Below, piece by piece: positions 1 through 11,653 of a DNA stretch of 64,000 nt. Source of the stretch: Phyllobates terribilis (taxonomy: Eukaryota); NCBI RefSeq assembly GCF_046119375.1, contig NW_027362762.1, positions 163,060,001 to 163,124,000 on the forward strand. Reading direction: 5' to 3'. A model generated the notes under the pieces. It made no database searches. It saw nothing but the letters and a program-made list of their open reading frames with translations, and was not told the origin of the DNA. Every line of letters starts with the position of its first letter. Positions within the stretch are counted from its first letter, which is position 1. The position numbers were made by a program, and so were the translations under genes.

Positions 1-229
1 AATAGACACTAAAGTTTGCCAGTTTTAGGGCCGTGAGAAGCTGGCCTTACTCCGATACCAGAATATGTATAAGGCTGGGATCACTGAGGTTTTGATACAG
101 TTTTTTGAGCAAAGGCCAGATGTGGGTGCAACAAAGATGGGTAACATACAAAATAAAAGCCCATCCTTTTCTCATGTGTATCAGTGCCTGAGTTTGGCTT
201 TTCTTAAAATCATTTTTGCTCAGAATTAA

Positions 230-628
230 AGGGAATCTGTTTTTTATATTTAAACTGAAAACAGCACGAGGTAGGGGTTAATACACAGACTTCAGTGATG
301 CCTTTCTAATCAGGCTCCATGGTTTTGTTTGCTTGCAATGATTGTTTTAGCACCAGGAGTCATTGTTGGGACACAGTGGAGCATGCTAGTCTGACAAGTC
401 TCCTCCTGTGATAAGCAGCTCACTGTCTATGCACATTGTATATACAGAGCCTGGTGTGGGCGGGGCTAGCTTCCTCAGCTCTGCTGTATTACTAAATCTA
501 AAAGCTCTGATTGTGTCAGAACACCTGCACCCAGTAAACTAAGTGATACATCATTGGATTCGGCTTCTCTTTACCTACATTAGGATGCTCTCAGATGAGG
601 TAGCAAAAACCTGATGACCGATTTTCCT
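230..628 (-). mobile_element. T2/Kolobok-type MITE, TTAA TSD (same family as 52417 and 56677, opposite orientation)
   Basis: ttaa|agggaatctgt ... ccgattttcct|ttaa; the right part is the reverse complement of the left part of the 56677 copy. Confidence 0.75.
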
Positions 629-2669
629 TTAATGTACCCCAGGATTATCTATAGACTAGTCCTGCAGTGGCTGACACTCCAGAATACCAAGTACAGTCCA
701 GGCCTCTAAATAGCATTTTAAAAATAGCTTTCCTATTAGCCTTCTAAGAAATGTAAGTAGCCCACCTTAACACAGAAGATTATAAAATTCAGCAATATTC
801 AATTTTAGTACTGCAAATGTGGAGATATCTTTTTTTTTTTTTTTTTATTCATTTACTTTACTATCCTTTGTGTATTATATGGTTGCAGCCTAAAAATGTT
901 GAAATGGTTTTATGGATCAGGCAAAGTGCCAGATTGAAGGGCAACTTGCTACTGGGGATTAGTGATGTAAAACCTTATCCCGGCACCAAAGCATGTGCCA
1001 GCTGTTCAAAGTTATGACCGATCAGAGTTAATAAATATATTCATCAACTTTTAGAAACACTTGTTCTTGTTTGCTTTAAGGCATGTCTATCCTGTCCTTT
1101 CACACTGTAATAAAAGCGTAGGCTTGCTCCCCTCATCCCTCTCAACAAGATACAACTGCTTTTAGTATAATATATCCAGGAACGGTTCTCTTTCTTAATC
1201 TCTGTAACTTGCCATACACAATTTTTTGTGTGAATCAGTTACTATTCATCAGCATTCTGTCCGCACTATAGGTGCAGTAACTTTCACATGTCCTGAAAGC
1301 CCACTTCACTGTTTTTAGGTCTGTACGCAGTTAGACAGGAGAGCAGAACCAAAGGAGCAAAGACACATTTCTTCTTGCTGCAAACCATCTCAACGTTTTT
1401 TGCTGCTAGAGATGGATTGCACTTGACAACAGGCAGTGGACAGCAGGTTAGAAGGAAGACATCAAGTGATGGGCTCTAGAATATTTTTTTTCAGGCTGAA
1501 AACATCATTTTTTGGGGTACATAAATTACTTTGCAATTTTGGTAATCAATGGCCAGGAGATGAGCCAAAGTTTATTGGAATGACCATGACAAAGCTGGAT
1601 GCCAGACAAGGGGGTTGTCTCTGACAATATTGTTACTTTCTGCACAAATGGATACATGGAAATATATATTGTTTTATTGATGACTCCTGTGCAAGTTACT
1701 TTTTTCCCAACATAAATACCATCTGTCAACTTTGTTTTTTTTTGTTGTTTTTTTTGCGTAAGTCCTTTTTGTGTGAAGTAAAGAATCTGTGTTCTTGTGA
1801 AGAAGTAAGAAAAAAAAAGTGGCTTCTCATTAATTCTTTGATGTTATGAAGATGATTATAGTCATTGAATAGGTTCTTAAGATGAAAATTTGTCCTGGCC
1901 AATTCATGTATTAACTTGTGGGACTTTCACAGTCATCTGTTGTAATGAGTCGCCAATCTATGTGACTTTTAGATTTTTAGAAAGATTCCCCATTCAATGA
2001 CTGGTAGCAAAGATATTGATAGCCTGAGGGCCGATCCCTGGTAAGCACATAGTATAGAAGGAATGAAGTCCTGGATGATTGGTCCCTTTAAAGGGAATGG
2101 GTCATCAGAAAATGATCTTTTATTAAATCAGGTTAAATTTAGATTTTCGATCACTTTTTTTTTTATATATATCTCCACATAAAAAAATTCTTGCCACTGG
2201 GCCTGATAATAGTCTGCTGACTCCGGATCTTCTCTTGGATATAAGCAGCAATTGACTGACTCAGACCTGTGAGCTGTGACCTCTATTGTCTGTGATGATA
2301 ATGAGACTTTTGAAAAGTCATCTTGACAGATCGGGAAGCATGAGTCTAATACTGGAGACCTGAAGAACAGATGACTTGACTCTGTTCTCCAAACAGCAAA
2401 TATTTATCTGGCACGCTCATAACAGGTGTAAAGGAACAATTCACACTGGTGCTTCACTTTCCCTAAATTAGCCATATAAACAGTGTTCCCAAAGCCCAGT
2501 CCTCACTGCCTTCCCACAGGTCATGTTTTCAGGATTTCCATAGTATTGTACAGGTAAGTGAATTTCTGACGCTTTGATGATCCTTCCACCCCCTGTGCAA
2601 TACTAAGGAAATCCTGAGAACATGACCTGTGGTGGTTGTGAGGACTGGAGTTTGGGAAACACTGCTTAA

Positions 2670-3073
2670 CGGGAACCTGTCACCATTAAAATGCTTTTTA
2701 ATCTGCAGGCACCATGTTATAGAGCAGGGGGAGCTGAGAAGATTGATATATAGTTTTGTGAGAAAAGATTCAGTATAACTTGTGTGTTCATCATTTAACC
2801 CTCTGCTCTTTCTGGGGTTTTGGGTCCAGTGGGCGGGCCTATCAGTGATTGACAGCTCACTCTGTATGCACACTTGTACAAAGAAAGCTGTCAGTCACTG
2901 ATAGGAATGCCCACCGGACTGAAAACCCCAGAAAAAGCAGAGTATTAAATGATGAAAACACAGATTATACTGAGACTTTACTCACAAAACTATATATCAA
3001 TCTACTCCTCTCCTCCTGCTCTATAACATGGTGTCTGCAGATTGAGCGGCATTTTGATGGTGACCCTTTCCCT
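2670..3073. mobile_element. T2/Kolobok-type palindromic MITE, TTAA TSD
   Basis: ttaa|cgggaacctgtcaccattaaaatg ... cattttgatggtgaccctttccct|ttaa; a related partial copy lies at about 55850-56115. Confidence 0.75.
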
Positions 3074-4228
3074 TTAATGCAGAGTAAGCAAACTACACCC
3101 AATAGTGTCATTTCTTCTGAATTGTAAATCGTCCATACTGTAAAGTGCAGAGTCTGTTTATGTGACTGTGCCTGGTACTGCAGATACACCCCATACATGT
3201 GTTGTCAGTGTCGGGTACAACAATGAAGGCTCGCTCACATGAGTGTGTAACATGGACTAGTGCTATGTGACGTTTTATCGGATAGCACTCGGTCCAATGT
3301 TACACTATGGGGCCATGCAGATCTGCGATTATTTTTCTCATGCCGATTTGATAATCAGATAACGTGCACCCATACAAGTCTATGGGTGCGTGTGAAACAT
3401 CGGACTGCACTGGAATGTCATCCGAGTGCAGTCCTACATCCGCGGACAGAAACAATGGAGAAGATGGAGAAATTAAGTTCTCCCTCTTCTCCGCACCTGT
3501 CATACGATTCTCGCATGCGAGAGAAATCTGATCACAGTAAGGTGACACTCAGATCTAACGCTGACACGGTTTGATCTGAGTGACATCGGCATATCGTAAT
3601 CGGCACAATTCTTTCACATGAGAGAATCGCCGGCTGTGTGACCCCACCCTAAAAGTAATTCTCCATGGAGCATCTTCATTGGGGCCGTGTGCACTAAAAG
3701 TTGTGCAGCCACAGATCTATGCTCTATGGGGTCTCGCTATAGACCAATAGAAAGCTTTACTTCTCTTAACCCCTAATAGTTTTTGGGAAAATGCTTTGTA
3801 TGTAGTTCATTTTACTTAGAGATATTCCAACCCTGGACATTTATGTCTCATCCAAGGGATATGCCAGAAATGTCTGATACATACTGGTCCCAACTCTCCA
3901 TTGCTGGCCCTATTCTTGAGATGGATGTGGTTCCCATGGTTATCCTGTCTGATTTTCCCTATGTCCACAGTCTTTTCGGCATGTCATAAATGTCCAACAT
4001 GGGACCATCTTTTCAAGGATAAATGATGATACAAAAGCTAGTCACTAGTACACCATGGGCCCGATTCATCACGTGTGTTTGTCACTTTTCTTTTTCTTTT
4101 TTTTCTTAAAGGGATTTTCCACTACTTTTTCACCCCCCATTATAGATCATAGCTCTTCAAAACAATACCTTCACTGCTCACAGGCCACTGCAATGCATGA
4201 TGGAACTTGTAGTATTAGAAGACAGCAA

Positions 4229-4673
4229 GGCTATGTTCACACATTGCGTTTTTTCAGCAGTTTTTTTTTTTTCCTGCAGCAAAACTTGATCTCTTGGCAG
4301 GAGGTTTGGTCGGGATTTTTCTTGCTTTTTTGCTGTGTTTTTGGTGCATTTTTTTCACTGTCCTTTTGTCTTTTTATGCATGTAAATAAAGTTCAGTGAA
4401 AAAATAAAATCTCATTCTGTTTTTGGCACAAAAAATGCTAAAAAACGCTGAAAAGCCTGTGTTTTTGGTGCGTTTTTTCATGGTGAAAAAATGCTGAAAG
4501 AAATGACATGCTCTATTCTGCAAAAATCATGCAAAGCACAAAATACTGATCAAATAAAAACCAATCTGTGTGAATGAGATGTCTGGAATCTGATAGACTT
4601 TGCTGGTACTGTAAAACGCAGCTGAAAATGTGCATAAAAAAACGCTGAAAAAACGCATTGTGTGCGCATAGCC
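4229..4673. mobile_element. PIF/Harbinger-type MITE (3-bp CAA/TAA target)
   Basis: caa|ggctatgttcacacattgcgtttt ... aaaacgcattgtgtgcgcatagcc|taa, with long internal inverted symmetry. Confidence 0.7.
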
Positions 4674-5072
4674 TAAGCCTGGGGACAGGAAGTGATCGGT
4701 GTAAACCTCAGAGCTGCAGCTGGCAGACACCTAGTGATGCTATATGCATGATAAAGGTATATATTACTATAATAAGAGTATGGATGCATTTACTGGCACA
4801 TAATAGAAAGGTTAATGAATAAAAAATTAAATGAGTTAGGGTAGTGGATAACTTCTTTAAGGTATTAGTTGACATTTTTTTGTGACAAATTCTTAAAATA
4901 GCTGCACGTGGTTCATTAATTTTGTGCAAAACAAAAAATGCTTTTTATTTTGTCTTGAACTGTATACAATTTTTTAGCAAGAAAAAACAAACGGGCAAAC
5001 ACATCAAATAGACTTTAAAAAAGGTGCAAATGAAAAGTTGAGTATGACGTAAATTCCCATTCTGCTGTGTTT

Positions 5073-5232
5073 CCCTTCCGCGGCGTTGCCCTTCCGCGGC
5101 GTTGCCCTTCCGCGGCGTTGCCCTTCCGCGGCTTTTCCCTTCTGCGGCGTTGCCCTTCCGCGGCTTTTCCCTTCTGCGGCGTTGCCCTTCCGCGGCTTTT
5201 CCCTTCTGCGGCGTTGCCCTTCCGCGGCGTTG
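5073..5232. repeat. CpG-rich 16-bp minisatellite, 10 copies, with a 32-bp higher-order block
   Basis: Units A=CCCTTCCGCGGCGTTG, B=CCCTTCCGCGGCTTTT, C=CCCTTCTGCGGCGTTG in order A A A B C B C B C A. Confidence 0.95.
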
Positions 5233-6030
5233 CCATTTTGCACCCTTGCCATTATTCAGCAGACATCTGTGTTTGTGCTGTATACACATGTGCTGCTTGC
5301 TTCGTTGCTGGCAGTAATGCCCTTACACTTCTAAGCCTTCTTATTGTCAGTTTTACTTCCTGTCGCTGCAGTTTACAGCAAGTGATTCTGGCAGGATTTC
5401 CGTATTTACCTTCTGATATAAGTGGGGTTTCTTTCTTTGGTTCCTGACAGAGCAGGAAACTCCAAATAAGCCGCATTTTAGCTTTGATCACCGGCATACT
5501 TCTTTTCATGTGAAAATAAAGCCGACACGTCTGCCGTAGAGACATGAGGAGATGCTGCTGTGTTCATGCACTTTTCTATGATTGCCCCATCACAAGCACA
5601 GCTCTAATAATAAGCTGCGGGCTGTGGGGAGCTAATGTGTGATAATGAGAGAAGTGTCTGATGGCTGAATAGTGGCTGCGAGGGAATACACTGGAGCGAG
5701 CAGATATTCTGGACTCTCCTGATGCTACAGGCAACATTATATTAGAGAATTGCTAATTACAGCTTGCAGTTCCCTAATATTCCTCCTGTAGGCGCACCTG
5801 GTGAGACGGCAGTAATCCGCCAGCTCTTCAGGATAAGTGCATGAACCCTTAGTGGCCTGAGTCTGGATTATACATCTCACAGTGGCCATCGTCGTGTTGG
5901 ATGCCGCGGCGTTCATCCACCATACGGCCTCATTGTATAAAGACATGTATATGTTTTGTGGTGGCCCTCTGTATTGGAAAGAGCAGCCTGCTGCATTGAA
6001 TAACCGTACACCAATGCATACCAGCTAGAT

Positions 6031-6495
6031 GAAACCCGGGCAAAGGCGGCCCGTGGGCCACATCCGGCCCTCTGCTGTATGTCCCGTGGACAGAGACAGT
6101 GAAAGGGCTGAATACACTGGCTCACGGGCTGCACCGTGCGCCCCCCTTCCCCGCCTGTATATAGGGGTACCATGTGGGTTCATACTGTGTATTGGGGGCT
6201 GTGTAGTCTCTCATTGTATATAGGGAGCCTATGTGGGAGCTCACTGTATATAGAGGACTGTCTGGGGGCTCCTACTGTGTATAGGTGACTATGTGGGGCT
6301 CATACGTTATAAAGGGAATTTCTGCATACTTAATTCTGCTCAATATTAAGTGATACAATTATTTTTTTAGAATATTAATTGTAATTAATATGTTAATATT
6401 AATATTGAGCAGAATTAATTTTAGCCTATTGGTTCGGCCTACACCACAGTCACGGTCTCATGTGGCTCTTCGGGAAAATTAATTGCCCACCCCTG
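6031..6495. mobile_element. Non-autonomous hAT (Charlie-like) element with 8-bp TSD AGCTAGAT
   Basis: AGCTAGAT at 6023-6030 and 6496-6503; right TIR ttgcccacccctg; left end degraded (gaaacccgggcaa); internal degenerate ~28-bp repeats. Confidence 0.7.
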
Positions 6496-7249
6496 AGCTA
6501 GATAGAGGCCAAAAGGACACTTTGGTCTCCATCTGTTGAATGCAAATATATATAGCATATATATATTCTCCAAGATTTTCTTCCAGCATGTTTGTCCAGT
6601 TGAGGGGACAGGCGTATTGTGCTCTCTAAATTAACTCTATAACAGTATGTCTGCCTGTGCCAGTGTGGTCTCAGACTGGGCTGAGTGTATGTAACTTTAA
6701 GACTGAACTTGACTGACCAGTTATTCTACAAATTGCATACGTGTCCGCCTCCATGTGCTCATCCGCATAGGGAGATGGTGCAGAAGATGCCTTACTTGGC
6801 ATGCACTGGTTTGGTATGGAAATTGGACCAGCCTAGCTCATGTTGTGATAATTTTTCCCGGCGGACCTGAGGTCGATGTGAAAATACCCCATGTGCACTG
6901 GCACTTAGATAAATATTGGTCCGTGTGGGGTCCGTTGTTCACACCGACTAAAAATTGTGTGAACGGGGGTCTAGTGCAGTGAAGAGCCGCACATGAACCC
7001 CGTAGCGCCAGGTTCCCTTCCCACCTCTCTGGCCACTAGTGTCCGTGCAGTGTGGATCCAAGTCTCGTGTGTCTGGTGTGATTGATAGATGTGAAATCTA
7101 GAAATCCCTGGCATTTATTGGCATTGACTCATGTAAATATGTCATATAAATACGTGTAAAGTAAGACCCAACACTGGGCACACCTGAAAATAAAAGCGCG
7201 CTCACAGGGCTATGGTAAGTGGGAAAGGGAGGTGTAATCTGTAGCGGAG

Positions 7250-9210
7250 TAGGGGGAAATAATGGGCCATGCTTTTAATCGGGGTTGAAGTCCATTATGA
7301 TCTTTAGCGTTTCCACAGTTGGAAGAAGAATTTCATGACTCGGAAAGGTGAGATCTCTACAAGCGATGTTGTGGGTTGAATCAACATCTAGCTGGAGGCC
7401 CGACGCCTAGTGTCCAGGGAAGAAGCCTGTGATCATAGACAGATGCCAGATACGTGGTTGGCCGGTTACATATTGCAGTCCTTACTCAGGAACGTCTTGT
7501 GTCTCACTATTTAGACTAGTCTTCTTGTGCCGTGACTCATATTGCGATGTCTTCCCTCTCCGTCTGGAGTTGTGTTTTATGACCACACATTGATCTGTTT
7601 GTGATGCTGTTCTCCCCGTTAGTAGTGGATCCACATATTGCTTCTACCTTTGTGCTGTGTAGCTTTGCATTGGGTTAGATTTCCACTTGTCATAGACAGT
7701 AGATAGCAGTCAGATAGGAAATCTATAAAGATAGCTGTCTGCTGTCACTTGGCTGACCGAGAAGGCACGAGATAAGCGTCTGTCAGACACCTCTCATCTC
7801 TAGGGAAATGGTGTGATTGGACCATGCAATCCAGGCTTTCTGGTCAGTGATAGCAGATGGGCTTCATAGACGTCTTATTAGTGACATCTAATGTTCTTGC
7901 AATGTTTGATGCACTTTCCAAGGATCATCCGCTTGAACACCCACCTTCCCTTTACGGCGATATGTTGTTAAGAGAAAACTTGGTGCACAAATGTCAACTC
8001 TCCCTATCTGCGAGAGCAGAAGTCACACATTTTATCAGGAGAAAAGACTGATTGATGAGGTGAAATCATTACCAAGAAGCAGGAATTGAAGGTCCTGTCA
8101 GGACAATCATTTACTGAAGGGATATTCGCTGGTGAAGCTGCGGGCAGCCATAGAAATGTTATATAGCAGGTAACGCATGGTCACATCAAAGCCCCCCATA
8201 GACTTTCTGGGACCTCGGTAAGGGGGTGTCCTGATGCTTTTCCTTTTTTGCATATGGATGCTTAATGGCAACAGCTTTCTTAGTAATTTACAGATATGTG
8301 ATACATTGACAGCTCGTCTTAATTTCCTGGGTGTGCACAAAGCATGCGTCCATTACAGTCTGCACAGTGTGAACCCTACCAGACATAATATGCAGCATCA
8401 GGCTCCGGAGACTCTGCAGCTGCCCCTAAACCTTACATGGCTGTCAGCTTTTCCTCCAGACTCCATCAAGTGTGTGTTCATATCAATGTAGGAAGATGGG
8501 TGTAATTCGCTACCATGCTTCTCCGGCAGCTGCCTTCTTCACCCAGGACCAAATGTGGCATGTTGAAATCCAGTCTGCACATCTGCCATTGAGAGAGATG
8601 GAAGACCCTGTGCACACTCATATTCTGACAATCCGCATGAAATCGCTGGGTTTGGCTGCCTTTCATGTAATCTTTATGGTCAGGTTAAATGGGTATCCAG
8701 CGCGTCCCACTTCCACGTCGGCAGGTGAGAAGTGTTGCTGATGCACCACCCTGCAGTCGATCGACAGCTCTTGTGCATGCTCAGGAGTAATTGTGTGGCT
8801 GCTGATACCTGGCAAGCACTGTCCATGACTGGCAAGTGGCTGTCAATGCTACATCAGCAGCTCCTATCACTGTCCAGTGCTGAAGTGAGGGCTGCTGCAT
8901 AACCTCTTTAACTTCTTTTTCCCATCTGGTACATTCATGGCATATCCACAGGATAGATGTCGGTCTCATCAATGGGACTCGCATGTATCTCGAGAATGGG
9001 GCCTTGACCACTGAGGGTAGAGAAGTGGTCAGAATTGCCTTTCATTTTTATGGGAATACCGATCATCTCTCCACAGAAGCACCTTTTCTTGAGATAATGT
9101 GGGACCTGCATATACTATACATTTATGTAATATTCCATGAAGATGCCATAAATGTACGAGATGGGAATCCCAATTTAAGGCCTTCCTTATACAACCTGTT
9201 CTTCACACAG
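7250..9210 (-). mobile_element. Highly degenerate non-LTR retrotransposon relic, possibly RLE clade (R4/Dong-like); boundaries approximate
   Basis: Minus-strand conceptual translation gives IRKALNWDSHL...VLLWRDDRYSHKNERQF in one open frame (about 9040-9205), P*REGG (about 7950) and DQCVVIK / DIAI*VTAQED*SKIVRHK (about 7490-7600). These weakly resemble RT QGDS/YMDD, PRKEGG and RLE PD..DIAI motifs. Similarity judged by eye only. Confidence 0.3.
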
Positions 9211-9222
9211 TAATACTACCGT

Positions 9223-9340
9223 ATAATAATAATAATCTTTATTTATATAGCGCCAACATATTCCGCAGCGCTTTACAATTCAGAGGTTCATATACAACAG
9301 TCATGAGTAACATAGTTATAGATAATACAATAACTAAAGA
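9223..9340 (-). mobile_element. 3' tail of an L2-type LINE/SINE, antisense
   Basis: (TAA)n followed by ctttatttatatagcgccaacatattccgcagcgctttac, the reverse complement of the L2-like 3' end GTAAAGCGCTGCGGAATATGTTGGCGCTATATAAATAAA. Confidence 0.65.
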
Positions 9341-10747
9341 TATGTTGTGTGTGGATTAGGAGCATATTTCCTCTTCAATTTAAATGGGTGAAAACTGCAA
9401 AATATTCTCGCAAAATGAACACAAGGGCTTGCCGCAGAAAATGCACAGTGCGTCCTAAACTTTATACGCCCCTGCTTTTCTTCAGCACGTGACCAGAATT
9501 TGTGAAATCCCATTCTCCTGCATTGTGGTGTCTGGACCTATGGATCTGGTTACATGTACTGTACCCAGGATCTTGGCACCACATTGGCAATAAATACATT
9601 CCTAATGCCACTGCTGAATATGGGATATGTCATGGATCATCACGCGGGAGGCAGAAAGCCCACGGTATCCTGATTCCTGGAGGAGGATGACTTCACTCCC
9701 TGGCCATGGATCCCCCTTGTAGCTCATCCCTGGGGGCTGCAGAGTAGCGCCACCCTTCTAGTGTTGAGGAAGTGAGAGTTGATGTCTGGTTACTCACCGC
9801 GGACTTCTAATGATGCTATATTCCTCCCACTTATCTGTGTTTTACTATGATAAAAAGCTCAGGAAACCGGAAATGCTGCAGCACCAGTTACCATTCACTC
9901 GCTCATTTACTGCTCAAGATCATATCACCCTTTAATCAAATGGTCTTTATCACCTAAATTAATAAGTGATATATTGACGATGGAAATGTAATAAAACAAT
10001 GTCTCTTTAAATGGCTTTTAAAGGGTTAATGTGTATTAATAAGGATATAAGCTCAATAAGTGGCCCCCTGGATCAGAGGTTCAGGGCCTGGGTGTCGCTT
10101 CAGTCCCGGGTTGTGTGTCTCTAAAATCTCAGACTATCAGCAGATCTATGACTTGCTTTTTTATTTTTCTTCTGAGGAGCCTATAGCTGTGTTCATCCTG
10201 AGCATTCTGGTTCACAAATAGAATGCCCAAGATCCAAAACTGCAGAAAGTACAGTGACACCAAGGATGAGCGGCGACAGAGAGAACGCAGAGGAAACGTT
10301 CTCCATCTCCCCATATGTGTGCAGATTACAGTATTATAGAAGGGATTCCAAGAGTATAAAAAATATAAATGCACTTAGACATTTTTATGCATTGAGATTG
10401 ATGTTATGCATTGACTTGGGTCCATAGGCGTCTGTTGAAGTTGAAGCTCTTTTAATGTAAACTAGTAAAAAATGTTACTGGAAAGTGCATTTAAGGAGCG
10501 CAGCGTGTGCGTGGCCTTGTACGTGAGCGGGCCGCAGATGACCCCATAGTGCACGTGTGTGGTCAGAGCATTTGCACAGGCTGGCAGGCTTCCATCCTAT
10601 AGTCCATTTACATTGATTTGGATGTCGCGATACGTCTGCTATGGTAATCTTATTTGTATTCTGTGGTTGTGCTGTTTTTTTCCCATGAGTTTGATGGATA
10701 TTTTACATTGATATGCAATTTACCTACATTCTGTGCTCTGTTTACAG

Positions 10748-10819
10748 GAGATATTACACAGAAGGGCTATGAGAAGAAAAGGGCAAAAGTCCTGGCTCCT
10801 TACATCCCTCAAACCCAAG
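10748..10819 (+). CDS. DIP2B: DIP2B coding exon 2 (72 nt, phase 1-1): (G)DITQKGYEKKRAKVLAPYIPQTQ, DMAP1-binding domain
   Basis: tttacag|GA GAT ATT ... ACC CAA G|gtaagg; GDITQKGYEKKR is the conserved DIP2 motif. Confidence 0.96.
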
Positions 10820-11246
10820 GTAAGGCTAGAATTCATTTATTGGTATAAAACATCATCACACGGAGTGACCTCTAATTCACCACTGGCTGATAATGAAGGA
10901 TTTCTCCTTAGCCCCTGACTGAATAGTCAAAAATGTTTTCTGTTTGTGTGTAGTCCTATTTGCATCGAGTTATTTCATACATAATAATCATCCATAAGGA
11001 AACATTACCTGTCAAAGCTCCAGCGCATCCTCTCTGTCGCGCCGGCGCCTCCTCTCTGCCGCGCCTCCGCTCTGCCGCTCTGGCGCCTCCTTGTCTGTAG
11101 CACTGTCGACGTGATGTCGCTGCTGCCGCCAAACAGAGACCAGGGCAATGGTGGAGATAGAACGCTGAACCCGGAGAAGGAAAGTAAAGCTTAATTTGTT
11201 TTATTACTTCAGGTAGAAGTTTGCTGAAAGCAGGCAACCTCTTTAA

Positions 11247-11653
11247 AGTGGTTTTGTCACCATATATCACAATACAAACTATATATTGTACATTATTAAA
11301 TAGATGTTGATCCAGAAAAGATTAATGTTATTTTTTTGTAATTCCAAGTCAGAATGGCTGGAGTCCAACAGAAGCAGGAAAATGCTCATGAATCCAAATG
11401 TATTCCGTTTCCACCAGCCACCTGACTGACAGCTGCGGCTTGTACTGAGCAGGGTGAGATCTTTGCAGCAGGAGGGACGTTGAGAGACTGTCAGTCATGC
11501 TGAGAGATTAAAATTAAACTTTGAAAAGTGATTGCACAGCCATTCTGACATGGATATTTAAAATAAATACACCAACATTGTCAGGTCTAAGACATCTATT
11601 TAGCAATGAGTGCTTGTATTATAAAATGTATCCTTCGGAGACAAAACAGGTCT
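11247..11653. mobile_element. T2-type MITE sharing a TTAA (11243-11246) with the right end of another T2-type element (about 10990-11242)
   Basis: caggcaacctct|ttaa|agtggttttgtcacc ... ggagacaaaacaggtct; right TSD degenerate. Confidence 0.55.

Noticed and set aside
5004-5447. Overlapping ORFs on both strands (RGRATPRKG / LPRRCPSAA repeats)
   Set aside because: Translation of the stop-free 16-bp minisatellite.
10745-10750. NAGNAG tandem acceptor (CAG GAG) at exon 2
   Set aside because: A distal GAG is rarely used and the proximal site gives the conserved GDIT sequence; no evidence of alternative use.
11030-11110. GC-rich patch (also 24055-24400) considered as DIP2B exon 1 or an alternative promoter
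   Set aside because: Both lie downstream of exon 2 within MITE bodies and lack the LAELELELSEG coding motif.
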